From the NCBI GenBank assembly GCA_040751795.1, contig JBFMHR010000003.1, forward strand, positions 256,001 to 320,000: DNA of 64,000 nt. Reading direction: 5' to 3'. Source of the DNA: Thermoplasmatota archaeon. GTDB taxonomy: Archaea; Thermoplasmatota; Thermoplasmata; UBA10834. Positions 21,301 to 30,500 of this stretch are shown here, piece after piece. Position 1 is the first letter of the stretch. Each line of letters begins with the position of its first letter. The position numbers and the translations under genes are program-made. The notes under the pieces were generated by a model. The model worked only from the letters and a program-made list of their open reading frames with translations. It was not told where the DNA came from and searched no databases.

Positions 21301-21339
21301 GACCATGACGGCGCCGACCTTGTCAGTTGCGGCCATCAC
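18301..21339 (-). CDS. hdrA: Large HdrA-family flavoprotein (two FAD modules plus ferredoxin domains)
   Basis: GGGISG, LDKTFPTNDC, IQCVGSRD..CSSVCC, VFVCHCG, second GGGVSG, EAHMKLRPVD, C-terminal 2x CxxCxxC. Confidence 0.92.
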   Translation of the reverse strand: MMAATDKVGAVMVVGGGISGLQSALDLADSGYKVYLVEKQPSIGGVMAQLDKTFPTNDCAMCIMAPKLVATGRHHNIQLITNADIAIVDGQAGNFTVTVKQRAFRVDETKCTGCGSCAQKCPIETVDEYNEGTKVRKAIFVRYPQAVPLVYSIDPERCIGCGICAEECKAKAVAYDQKERVFEIQVGSIIVSPGFEEFNARLKPEYGYGVYQNVVTSIEFERMLSATGPYFGTVLRPSDGDIPEKIAFIQCVGSRDEHCGNEYCSSVCCMYSVKEAIIAKEHGGNIKPSIFYMDLRAFGKQFDEYYNRAKDEYGIRFVRSRIAAVSEDPKTKNLILKYTEDGEPKEEVFNLVVLAVGLTPASDAEALSRVMKFRLNDDGFCQTGVFTPVETSRPGVFVSGAFSSPKDIPMTVAEASGAAARAGTEIASARGTLVTKKEYPKEKDVGGQEARIGVFVCHCGINIGGVVNVPEVMEYAKTLPGVVYAEQNLYTCSQDAQERIKGKVEEHKLNRVVVASCTPRTHEPLFQNTIREAGLNAYLFEMANIRDQCSWIHMHEPKAATKKAKDLVRMAIAKSKLLEPLENLTIKVNQQALVIGGGVSGMVAALELARQGVKVHLVEKEKELGGNLRKLHYLPSGDDPMEHVKRLEAEVRAEKNITVHLGAKVKNIEGYVGNFKTTLADGKEVEHGVVILAVGGQEHRPEGEYLYGKSKNVKTLLEFKEMLKKGEAKGKSYAFIQCVGSREGDHPNCSRVCCTGTMTAATKVKEKDPEAEVYVLFRDIRTYGFREKYYKEASQKGVKFVRFDDEKKPVVEDKGGKLEVKVTEEDTGKLLVLRPDYLVLASGTRPQHDAEELAPMLKVPLTKEGFFLEAHMKLRPVDFATEGVYLAGLAHGPKFVDESISQALAAVARAMTVLSKTTLEAEGIVASVDESLCDGCGICVPTCEYKALDIVPHKDDPKKKMVSVNVGLCKGCGACVGACPAGALTQKGFRDEQILAMIDAALEQPKKQEVKG

Positions 21340-22127
21340 TGCTCACCTCCGATGACGATGGTCTTGTATGTTGGAGTGAACCCCTCCGGGTGCTCCATCG
21401 CTATCATGTTCTTCTGCCTCAGGGCGACGATGTGCCTCAGGACCCTGTCCGTAGGGACGTCCATGATCTGCCCCAGCTCCTTGACGGACCTGGCCCTGCC
21501 CCTGGACAGCTCGAGGATGAGGCTCCTCTCGAACTCCTCCTCCGTCGAGGCGTCTATGATCTTGTCGAGCTCCGCCGGGTCCAGCTTGTTGCCGTAGGCG
21601 TTGCCCTTGTTGACCAGGTTCAGCTCCCTGCCGACGAGCGCCTTGAGCCTGAAGGTCTCCGACGCGCCGTCCGCTGCGGCCACCCTGTCGCCCAGCCTCT
21701 GGTCCTTCCTGACCTTGCTCGGGCCGAGCCTCCTTATGTTCTCGGTGAACTCGGTCACGACCTTGGAGAACTTCTCCCCCTCGGACGCGGAGACCCACTC
21801 CAGCCTGAGCCTCTCGGGCTCGAGCCCGCTCTCCTCGAGCAGGCGCTTCATCAGCCTCACGCGCTTCTCGGTGTAGTAGTTCCCGGAGATGTAGTGGCAG
21901 TCGCCTATGTGGCAGCCGCCCAGGAGCACGCCGTCCGCCCCGGCCCTGAATATGTCGAGGACGAGGTGGGGGCTGATCCTGGTCGAGCACATGACCCTCA
22001 CGGCCCTTATGTTCGTGGGGTACTGGTACCTGCTGACCCCGCACAGGTCGGCGCCCGCGTACGAGCACCAGTTGCACAGGAACCCTATGATCTTCGGCTC
22101 GAACTCCGCCTTGGGTGCGTCGGCCAT
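21336..22127 (-). CDS. mvhD: MvhD fused to a C-terminal winged-helix-like domain
   Basis: CNWCSYAGAD, GCHIGDCHY, then a ~120-aa extension with SVKELGQIMDVPTDRVLRHIVAL. Confidence 0.88.
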   Translation of the reverse strand: MADAPKAEFEPKIIGFLCNWCSYAGADLCGVSRYQYPTNIRAVRVMCSTRISPHLVLDIFRAGADGVLLGGCHIGDCHYISGNYYTEKRVRLMKRLLEESGLEPERLRLEWVSASEGEKFSKVVTEFTENIRRLGPSKVRKDQRLGDRVAAADGASETFRLKALVGRELNLVNKGNAYGNKLDPAELDKIIDASTEEEFERSLILELSRGRARSVKELGQIMDVPTDRVLRHIVALRQKNMIAMEHPEGFTPTYKTIVIGGEQ

Positions 22128-22130
22128 GGC

Positions 22131-24005
22131 TCACACCTCCTCCTGGAGCGCGGCCTTCGCCTCTGCGAGCAGCTGCGCGTCGGTGTAGTTGGTCATGGTT
22201 ATCGCGCCCTCGGGGCAGGTCGCGCCGCAGCAGCCGCAGCCCTTGCACGCCGCCACGATGACCTCCGCCAGGCCCTTGTCGTTCTTCCTGAGCGCGCCGT
22301 ACGGGCACACCTCTATGCAGGTTCCGCACCCGGTGCACCTGGTCTCGTCGACGACCGAGGTCAGCGCCTCGGCCTGGACGTAGCCCTTGGCCATCGGGAT
22401 CGCGGCCCTCGAGGCCGCGGCCGAGCCCTGCGTGACCGCCTCGGTTATGTCCGCCGGGCCCTTGCAGGTCCCGGCGACGTATATGCCGTCGGTGGCGAAG
22501 TCGACCGGCCTCAGCTTCACGTGCGCCTCCAGGAAGAAGCCCTCCTGGCCCAGCGGCACCTTGAGCATCTTGGACAGCTCGCCCGCGTCCGGCTGCGCCA
22601 CGAGCGGGGTCGACAGGACGACCATGTCGACGGGCATCGTCCTCTCGAGCTTCAGGGTCTCGTGGAAGTACGTGACCTTCAGCTGGTTGTCCTCCATGAA
22701 GACCTTGGGCAGGTGGTCGAGGGTGTACCTGTTGAACTTGACCCTCTTCTCCCTGGCCTTGTTGTAGGTGAGCTCGTGCTCCACGCCGTAGGCCATGACG
22801 TCCCTGTTGAACACGGTGACCTCGATCTTCTCCGACGGCCCGAGCTTGACCTCCTCGGCCTCGCCCTCGGCCTCGCCGCGCCCGCGCCTCCTGCGCCTGC
22901 GCTCGAGGATCTCGTCGGTCGCCTTCTTCTCGACGGGGATCTTCTCGACGACGGTCCCGGCCTTCTCCATGACCCCGAGCATGTTCTCGTAGTTGTCCAC
23001 GATGTTGATGGCGTTCTTGATGGCGACGTTGCAGCAGATCCTGGAGCAGTAGGACATCTTCTGGCCCCTGGACCCGACGCACTGTATGAACGCCACGCTC
23101 TTGAGCTTCGGGAGGGTCTTCTTCTTGCACAGGATCTCGAACTCCGTCAGGGTGACGACGTTAGGGTACTGGTTGTAGCCGTACAGGCCCTCGGGGACGA
23201 ACTCCAGCGCACCGGTGGCGACGACTATCGTGCCGACCTTGAACTTCTTCCCCTCGCCCCCCTTGGGGGCGATGACGACCTCGTAGTTGCCTATGAAGCC
23301 GTCGATGCTCTTGACGGTCGAGTTCAGGTGCAGCGTGATGTTCTTGTGCCCCTTGACCTTGTCTATCAGGGGCTTTATGGTGTCCGTCGCGCCCTTCTCG
23401 GTGACGTAGAGGTTGTTCAGGAGCCTGACGAAGCCCCCGAGCTCCCCCTCCCTCTCGACGAGGTGCACGGGGAAGCCCATGTCGGCCAGCGAGGCCGCGG
23501 CGGTCATCCCGCTGACGCCGCCGCCAATGACCAGCCCGACCGGCTCGACGTCGACCTTCGCCTCCTCCTGGGGCTTTAGCAGCCTGGCCCTCGCGACGCC
23601 CATGCGGATCAGGTCCTTGGCCTTCTTCGAGGCGAGGTCCTTCTCCTTCATGTGCACCCACGAGCAGTGCTCCCTGATGTTCACGAACGTGAACAGGTAC
23701 TTGTTGAGGCCGGCGCCCTCGCAGGTCGCCTGGAACAGGGGCGCGTGCGTCCTGGGCGTGCAGCTCGCCACTATGACCCTGTTCAGGTTGTGCTTCCTGA
23801 TGGCCTCCCTGATGCTGCCGAGCCCGTCCTCCGCGCAGGTGTACATGTTCTGGGTCGCGTACACCACGTCGGGGAGCGTCTTCGCGTAGTCCGCCACGGT
23901 GGGGACGTCCACGAACCCGCCTATGTTGCTCCCGCAGGAGCAGACGAACACGCCTATCCTCGGCTTGTCGACCTCGTTGACCTTGTTCTCAGCCATGTCG
24001 CTCAT
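22131..24005 (-). CDS. hdrA: HdrA-family protein, C-terminal half of a split large HdrA
   Basis: ATG 24005 overlaps the upstream TGA; IGVFVCSCG, ASCTPRTH, GGGVSG, EAHVKLRPVD, terminal ferredoxin. Confidence 0.88.
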   Translation of the reverse strand: MSDMAENKVNEVDKPRIGVFVCSCGSNIGGFVDVPTVADYAKTLPDVVYATQNMYTCAEDGLGSIREAIRKHNLNRVIVASCTPRTHAPLFQATCEGAGLNKYLFTFVNIREHCSWVHMKEKDLASKKAKDLIRMGVARARLLKPQEEAKVDVEPVGLVIGGGVSGMTAAASLADMGFPVHLVEREGELGGFVRLLNNLYVTEKGATDTIKPLIDKVKGHKNITLHLNSTVKSIDGFIGNYEVVIAPKGGEGKKFKVGTIVVATGALEFVPEGLYGYNQYPNVVTLTEFEILCKKKTLPKLKSVAFIQCVGSRGQKMSYCSRICCNVAIKNAINIVDNYENMLGVMEKAGTVVEKIPVEKKATDEILERRRRRRGRGEAEGEAEEVKLGPSEKIEVTVFNRDVMAYGVEHELTYNKAREKRVKFNRYTLDHLPKVFMEDNQLKVTYFHETLKLERTMPVDMVVLSTPLVAQPDAGELSKMLKVPLGQEGFFLEAHVKLRPVDFATDGIYVAGTCKGPADITEAVTQGSAAASRAAIPMAKGYVQAEALTSVVDETRCTGCGTCIEVCPYGALRKNDKGLAEVIVAACKGCGCCGATCPEGAITMTNYTDAQLLAEAKAALQEEV

Positions 24006-25297
24006 CCCCCCGCCTGGGCCATGGCCTCGACCGCCTTCGCGGCCGCGCTCGAGCCCTGGGCGACCGCCTCGGGTATGTCCGCCGGGCCGGCCGCGTACCC
24101 CGCGAGGTACACGCCGGGCTTGACGGTCCTGCCCGGGCCGAGGATCCTGTCCGCAGACTCCAGGAACCCGAACTCGTCGACCTTCAGCCCGAGTATCTTC
24201 GCCAGCTCGGCCGTCTCCTTCCTGGGCACCAGCGTGGTGGCCAGGACGACGAGGTCGAACTCCTCGGACTGCTGCCTGCCGCCCACGTCGTACACGACGA
24301 CGGGGTTGTGTGTGTCCGGGTTCTCCTGGACCGTGGCGTCGGAGTTGATGTACCTGACGCCGTAGTCGCGCTTGGCCCTCTCGACGTACTCGTAGAAGCC
24401 CTTGGCGCAGGCCCTCATGTCCTTGTAGAATATGGTGGACTCGATGTCGTCGTAGTGCTCCCTCGCCAGCATCGACTCCTTGGTCGAGTGCATGCAGCAC
24501 ACGGCGCAGCAGTACGGGTGCCCGACCTGCGGGTTCCTCGAGCCGACGCACTGTATGAACGCCATCTTCTTCGGCCTCTCCTTGTCGGAGCGCCTCTGGA
24601 TGTGGCCGTGGGTCGGGCCCGCGGCGTTGATCATCCTCTCGTACTCCATCGCCGTGAAGACGTTGGGGTACCGGCCGTAGCCGTACTCCGTGGACGGGGT
24701 CGGGTCCCAGACGTCGAAGCCGGTGGCGACTATGATCGCGGCGACCTCTATCTCCAGGACCTGGTCCTTCATCTCGTAGTTGATGGCGCCCCTCTTGCAG
24801 ACCTTCATGCAGTTTCCGCACTTGTCCTTGGTCAGCTTGAGGCAGTGCTCCTTGTCGATGGTCATGACCCTGGGGACGGCCTGCATGAACGGGATGTATA
24901 TCGCCTTCCTCGTGGTGAGGCCCATCTCCCAGTCGTTGACGACCTTGCTCGGGCACTTCTCGAGGCACTCCCCGCAGCCGGTGCACTTGGTCTCGTCGAC
25001 GTACCGGGCCTTCTTGAGCACCTTCACCTTGAAGCTGCCGACGCTCCCCTCGACGCCGATCACCTCAGAGTAGGTGATCACATTGGTGTTCGGGTGGCTG
25101 AAGCAGTCGGCCATCTTGGGCGCCAGTATGCATATAGAGCAGTCGTTCGTAGGGAAGGTCTTGTCCAGCTGGGCCATCCTCCCACCGATGCTGGGGGTCT
25201 TCTCGACCAGATGGACGATCAGTCCCTTGTCCGCCAGGTCCAGCGACGCCTGTATCCCGGCGACTCCCCCTCCTATCACCATAACCGCCTTCTCCAT
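24002..25297 (-). CDS. hdrA: HdrA-family protein, N-terminal half of a split large HdrA
   Basis: GGGVAG, LDKTFPTNDC, inserted ferredoxin CTGCGEC, IQCVGSR..CCAVCC. Confidence 0.88.
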   Translation of the reverse strand: MEKAVMVIGGGVAGIQASLDLADKGLIVHLVEKTPSIGGRMAQLDKTFPTNDCSICILAPKMADCFSHPNTNVITYSEVIGVEGSVGSFKVKVLKKARYVDETKCTGCGECLEKCPSKVVNDWEMGLTTRKAIYIPFMQAVPRVMTIDKEHCLKLTKDKCGNCMKVCKRGAINYEMKDQVLEIEVAAIIVATGFDVWDPTPSTEYGYGRYPNVFTAMEYERMINAAGPTHGHIQRRSDKERPKKMAFIQCVGSRNPQVGHPYCCAVCCMHSTKESMLAREHYDDIESTIFYKDMRACAKGFYEYVERAKRDYGVRYINSDATVQENPDTHNPVVVYDVGGRQQSEEFDLVVLATTLVPRKETAELAKILGLKVDEFGFLESADRILGPGRTVKPGVYLAGYAAGPADIPEAVAQGSSAAAKAVEAMAQAGG

Positions 25298-25412
25298 TCA
25301 AAGTCCTCCACGAGTCCTAAACGATGGTTCCCCTAGTCTACGCCTCACTCGGCTCCGTGATCCTGAACTCAAGGGGTTTGCGCGCCCTGCCGGGCCCCTC
25401 TCCGTAACCTTT

Positions 25413-25435
25413 CCTCTGTATTATCTGTTTCGTTG
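25413..25435 (-). promoter_or_regulatory. Putative internal promoter (BRE-like CAACGAAAC + AT-rich box) for the downstream hdr/mvh half
   Basis: Minus strand CAACGAAACAGATAATACAGAGG in a ~200-bp gap; shares CAACGAAAC with the 34.75-kb promoter. Confidence 0.4.
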
Positions 25436-25505
25436 GACGGGCGACGAGTGTCGCGCCCCCGGACCTCACGTCCGTGCGGATATCGTCGGCCGGCAGGCGT
25501 CCGCG

Positions 25506-25922
25506 TCACTTGGCCGAAAGGACCTCCTTCGCCTCGGTGTCCTTCTGGATCTCCGTGACCTTGACCTTGAAGGGGGCCTTCTTCCTGCCTTGCATCCCCT
25601 CGGACGCGAACCTCTGGCAGTTCGGGTATGTGCAGGGGGTGCACTTCTTGTCCTTGCACGACAGCTCTATGAGCACGAGCCTGTCCCTGGTGTCCGCGGC
25701 CCCGGTGACCGGCTTCCTGACCTCGAACATCTTGGTCATCCGCGTCTCGTAGGGCTTCTTCTTCGGCTCTATCCTGGCGAACCTCTGGCAGTTCGGGTAG
25801 GTGCACGGGTCGCACTTCTTGTCCTTGCACGACAGCTCGATCAGCAGGACCCTGTCGCCCTGCCCCTTCGCCTGGGCCGCCTCCTTGGCGTCCTTCTCCT
25901 TCTTCTCCGTCTTCGGTGTCAT
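25506..25922 (-). CDS. Small basic protein with duplicated CX4CXPCX2PXC motif
   Basis: Two copies of LIELSCKDKKC(D/T)PCTYPNCQRFA; alternative start 25949. Confidence 0.75.
   Translation of the reverse strand: MTPKTEKKEKDAKEAAQAKGQGDRVLLIELSCKDKKCDPCTYPNCQRFARIEPKKKPYETRMTKMFEVRKPVTGAADTRDRLVLIELSCKDKKCTPCTYPNCQRFASEGMQGRKKAPFKVKVTEIQKDTEAKEVLSAK
25606..25856. repeat. Two ~80-bp direct repeats (25606-25685, 25777-25856)
   Basis: Near-identical gcgaacctctggcagttcgggta...cacttcttgtccttgcacgacagctc; differences mostly synonymous. Confidence 0.9.
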
Positions 25923-25941
25923 CCTAACAGTCCTTCGCGTT

Positions 25942-27537
25942 TCATTCAAGCTGCTCAGCGATGGCGACGCTGAGGTCCTTGATCGGTATGTCGACCTGCT
26001 CCTTGGGCACCTGGGTCTTGTTCTCCTGGACGCAGGAGAGGTGTATGAGGCACTTGTAGCACCCCGTCACGAGGCACTCTGCCCCCGTCCTCTTGGCCTC
26101 CTTCAGCCTCTCGACCTGCAGCCTCCTGGAGGTCTCGTCGCAGGTGGCCCATGCGCTCACGCCGCAGCAGAGGGCCTTGTCCCGGACGTTCTCCATCTCC
26201 AGGATCTGCGTGCCCTTGGAGGCGGTCAGGGCGCTCCTGGGCTGGTCGTATATGCCCATGTGCCTGCCGAGCCTGCACGAGTCCTGGAAGGTGAGCTTCC
26301 GGGCGCTGTCCTTCAGCCTGAGCCTGCCCTCCTTGACCAGGTCGTCCACGAACTCCGAGATGTGGACCATCTCGAAGGGGTGGTCCCCGGCCAGCTCCTG
26401 GTAGTCCAGGTCGAACGTGCGCATGCACTCGGGGCACGAGAAGACGACCTTCTTGGCCCCCGAGGCCTTTATGACCTCGAGGTTCTTCTTCATCAGCTTC
26501 TGGAGCGCCGCCTCGTCCCCCGTCCAGTTGAGGTCGTGCCCGCAGCAGACCTCGTCGTTGCTGACGGCCGGGACAATGCCCGCCCTGTTCATAATCTTTA
26601 CGACCGCCCGGGGTATGCCAGACAGGTCCAGCTTCCTCTCCTTGAATATCGCGTCGAAGTACGGCGCGCAGCCCGTGAAGAAGAAGACCTCGCCCTTGTC
26701 GGCTATCTTGAGTTCGGGGGTGACCCAGCTGAGCCTGTCCTGCTTGAAGCTCCCGTGGGCCATGATCCTCATCACGCCCTGCATGAGCCCGCCCTGGGAG
26801 CAGGCGGGGTCGTTCTCGAGGGCGACGGCCTCGCCCCTGAGGCCCCGTATGAACCCGGAGTAGTCGACCTTGTACGGGCACATGGAGTTGCACTGCTCGC
26901 AGGTGACGCAGGTCCATATGTCCTTGTCCTTAGAGAGGTTGCCCACCTGCCCCTCGGTCGCCCTCAGGACTATGGTCCTCGGGGCGAACTCGGTGTTGTA
27001 CTTGGCGACGGGGCAGACGGTGGTGCACTTCCCGCACTCGACGCAGTCGAAGGCCCCCGTGTCCTCGATGAGCGCGTCTATGCGCTGCTTGAGGGTGTCG
27101 GGGTTCCTGGTGGCCCTCTTCACCTTGGGCATCGGGTTGGGGCCGAGCGCCCTGACCTGCTCGGTGAACTCCTTCATGGTCGCGGCGAACTTCTGGCCCT
27201 CCGAGGCGGAGATCCACTCCAGCCTCATCCGGTCCCTGCCCACGCCGAGCCTGTCGAGGACCTCCTTCACGGACTCCATCCGCTTCTCCGCCTCGACGTT
27301 CCCGGATATGTAGTGGCAGTCGCCAATGTGGCACCCGGCGACGAGCACTCCGTCCGCGCCGAGCTCGAGCGCCCTCACGATGAAGTAAGGCTCGACCCTG
27401 CCGGAGCACATCACCCTTATGACGCGCGCGTTGGGCGGGTACTGCATCCTGCCCACGCCCGCGAGGTCCGCGCCCGCGTACGAGCACCAGTTGCAGCAGA
27501 AGGCCACTATGTTCGGCTCGAAACGCTCCTCGGTCAG
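25942..27537 (-). CDS. MvhD-[4Fe-4S] dicluster-CCG domain (HdrD-like) fusion
   Basis: MvhD motifs, CVECGKC, CVTCEQC, two CCG domains (VCCG..SCPEC; DSC..LCCG..GCYKC); start inferred at CTG 27537. Confidence 0.88.
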   Translation of the reverse strand: MTEERFEPNIVAFCCNWCSYAGADLAGVGRMQYPPNARVIRVMCSGRVEPYFIVRALELGADGVLVAGCHIGDCHYISGNVEAEKRMESVKEVLDRLGVGRDRMRLEWISASEGQKFAATMKEFTEQVRALGPNPMPKVKRATRNPDTLKQRIDALIEDTGAFDCVECGKCTTVCPVAKYNTEFAPRTIVLRATEGQVGNLSKDKDIWTCVTCEQCNSMCPYKVDYSGFIRGLRGEAVALENDPACSQGGLMQGVMRIMAHGSFKQDRLSWVTPELKIADKGEVFFFTGCAPYFDAIFKERKLDLSGIPRAVVKIMNRAGIVPAVSNDEVCCGHDLNWTGDEAALQKLMKKNLEVIKASGAKKVVFSCPECMRTFDLDYQELAGDHPFEMVHISEFVDDLVKEGRLRLKDSARKLTFQDSCRLGRHMGIYDQPRSALTASKGTQILEMENVRDKALCCGVSAWATCDETSRRLQVERLKEAKRTGAECLVTGCYKCLIHLSCVQENKTQVPKEQVDIPIKDLSVAIAEQLE

Positions 27538-30500
27538 GCGCCCACCTCCTCGTCCTTCCCCTCGGGCGCGAGGAGCGCCTCGAGCATGGTCATGATCTGG
27601 TCGGTCTTGAAGTGCTTCGGCCTTATCGCCCTGGAGCAGCACGCGACCGCGCAGGAGCCGCAGCCCTTGCACAGAGCCTCGTTGATCTTCGACTTGAACA
27701 CCCCTGGCGAGACCTCCTCGACCCTGGGCGCCCCGTACTCGCACAGCTCCTCGCACCTGCCGCATGCGATGCACTTCTCGGGGTCTACCTCCGAGACGAC
27801 GCCCTCCGCCTCGATGAACGGCTTGGACAGGACCGTGTTGACCCTGGCGGCCGCCGCAAGGGCCTGGGATATGCTCTCGTCTATGAGCCTCGGGGAGTGC
27901 GCCAGGCCGCAGAGGAATATGCCGTCGGTGGCGAAGTCGACCGGCCTCAGCTTCATGTGCGCCTCGAGGAAGAAGCCCTCCCTCGTCAGCGGGACCTTGA
28001 GCATCTGGGCCAGGTCCTTGTTGTCAGGGTTGGGCCTGACGGCCGCGTTGAGGACCAGGTAGTCGGGCCTGATGGTCACGGTCTGCTCTATGAACTGCTC
28101 GTCCACCTCGACGGTGAGGTGGCCCCCGTGCTCGCTCACCCTCGGGGGCGACGAGGGGTCGTACCTCAGGAACACCACGCCGAGCCTCGCGGCCTCGTTG
28201 TAGTTCTCCTCCCTGAAGCCGAAGGTCCTGATGTCCCTGTAGAGGACGTACACGGCCGTCCCCGGGTGGTCCTGCTTGATCTTCATCGCGTTGGCCATGG
28301 CCGTGGAGCAGCAGATCCTGGAGCAGTTGGGGTGCTCCTCGTCCCTCGAGCCGACGCACTGGATTATGACCACGCTCTTCGCCTTGAAGTCCTTGCCCGA
28401 GACCATCTCCCCGAGGTCGGTCTGCCTGATGACCTTCGGGTCCTTCCCGAAAAGGTACTGCTCGGGCTCGTGCTCGACGGCCCCCGTCGCCACGACTATG
28501 GCGCCGTGCTGGACCTTCTCCCCGCTCCCGAGGGTGGTCTCGAAGTTGCCGATGTAGCCCTTGACCTCGGCCACGGTGTCCTCCAGGTGGACCTTGATCC
28601 TCGGGTCCCCCATGACCTCCTTCTCCAGCTTCCTGAAGGTCTCCTGGGGGTCGACCCCTATGAGGGTGCGGTGTATCCGCCTGAGGTGGCCGCCGAGGTG
28701 CTTGCTCTTCTCCACGACGTGCACGTCGAAGCCGCTCCTGGCGATCTCCAGGGCGGCGGTCATGCCGCTCAGGCCGCCCCCAATGACGAGCGCGGACTGG
28801 GTGACGGGTATCCTGGGCTGCGGGAGCGCCTCGAGCGTGGCCGCCTTGGCGACGGCCATGCGGACCAGGTCCTTGGCCTTCTCCGTCGCGCGCTCCGGCT
28901 CCCTCCTGTGCACCCACGAGCACTGGTCCCTGATGTTGGCCATCTCGAACAGGTACTTGTTCAGGCCCGCCTCCTTCACAGTGTTCTGGAAGAGCGGCTC
29001 GTGGGTCCTGGGGGTGCAGCTCGCGACCACGACCCTGTTGAGGTCGTGCTTCTCGATGGTCTCCCTGATCTTCTTCTGGGTGTCCTGCGAGCAGGTGTAG
29101 AGGTTCTGCTCAGCCACGATCACGTGCTGGAGAGTCTTGGCGTACTCCATGACCTCCGGCACGTCCACGACCGAGCCGATGTTGATGCCGCAGTGGCAGA
29201 CGAAGACGCCGATCCTCGGCTCCTTGCCCGCGACCTCCTTCTCCTTGGGGTACTCCTTCTTTGTGACGAGTGTCCCCCTGCTCTCCGAGAGGAGCGCCGC
29301 CGCCTTGCCGGCGGCGCCGCTGGCCTGCGCGATCGAGTCGGGGATGTCCTTGGGCCCGGAGAACGCGCCGCACACGTAGACGCCGGGGACGGATGTCTCA
29401 ACCGGGGACAGCTCGTCCGTCTCGCAGAAGCCGAACTTGTTGAGGTCGACGCCCAGCACCTTGGCGAGCGCGCCCGTCGCCTCCGGCGGCCTCGCGCCCG
29501 CCGAGAGCACCACGAGGTCGAACGCCTCCTCGGCGATGTCGGCCCCCTCGAGGTAGCTGAGGATGACGTTGCCCGTGGCAGGGTCCTCCTGCAGCTTGGA
29601 TATCCTGTTGTTCCTGAGGACGCGGACGCCGTACTCGTTCTCCGCGCGCATCAGGTATTCCTCGAACTCCTTGCCGAAGGCCCGCGTGTCCATGAAGAAG
29701 ATGGCCGTGTCGAGGCCCGGGACGTGCTCCTTGCCGATGACGGCCTGCTTGAGGGCGGCCATGCAGCAGTAGGAGGAGCAGTAGGTGTTCCCCGTCTGCG
29801 CGTCCCTCGAGCCGACGCACTGGACGAAGGCGATCTTCTTCGGGACGTCGCCGTCCGAGGGGCGGATCACATGCCCCTCCGTCGGGCCCGACGCGCTCAG
29901 CATCCTCTCGAACTCGATGTTGGTCAGGACGTTGGCGTACACCCCGTGCCCGTACTCCGCCTTCTTCGACGCCTCGAAGACGTCGTAGCCGGGGCTGAGG
30001 ATGATCGAGCCCACCTCGACGACCTCCTCCTTGTCCGGCTTCTCGGAGTAGCTGATGGCCTTCGCCTCGCAGAATTTCTCGCAGATGCCGCAGCCGATGC
30101 AGAGGCCCCTGTCTATGGTATAGACCAGGGGCACGGCCTGGGGGAAGGGCACGTAGATGGCCTTGGCCGGCGCGAGCTCCCTGTCGAAGGCGTTCAGCCC
30201 CTCGACCGGGCAGTGCTCCGCGCAGACGCCGCAGCCCGTGCACTTCTCCTCGATGATGTACCTGGAGCGCCTGGTGAGGGTGACCTTGAAGTCGCCGGCC
30301 TTCCCGTCGACCTTCTTGAGCTCCGCGTTGGTGAGCATGGTGATGTTCTCGTGCCTGCCCGTGGCTACGAGCTTGGGGGACACGATGCACATGGCGCAGT
30401 CGTTGGTCGGGAAGGTCTTGTCCAGCTGGGCCATGGTGCCGCCTATGCTGAGGCCGGCCTCGAGTATGTACACCTTGAAGCCGGAGTCGGCGAGGTCCAG

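Noticed and set aside
24006-24986. Upstream extension of track ORF 22131-24986, and similar extensions of 25942, 30571 and 31026
   Set aside because: Out-of-frame overlap with the upstream gene; homology begins only at the 4-nt start/stop overlaps
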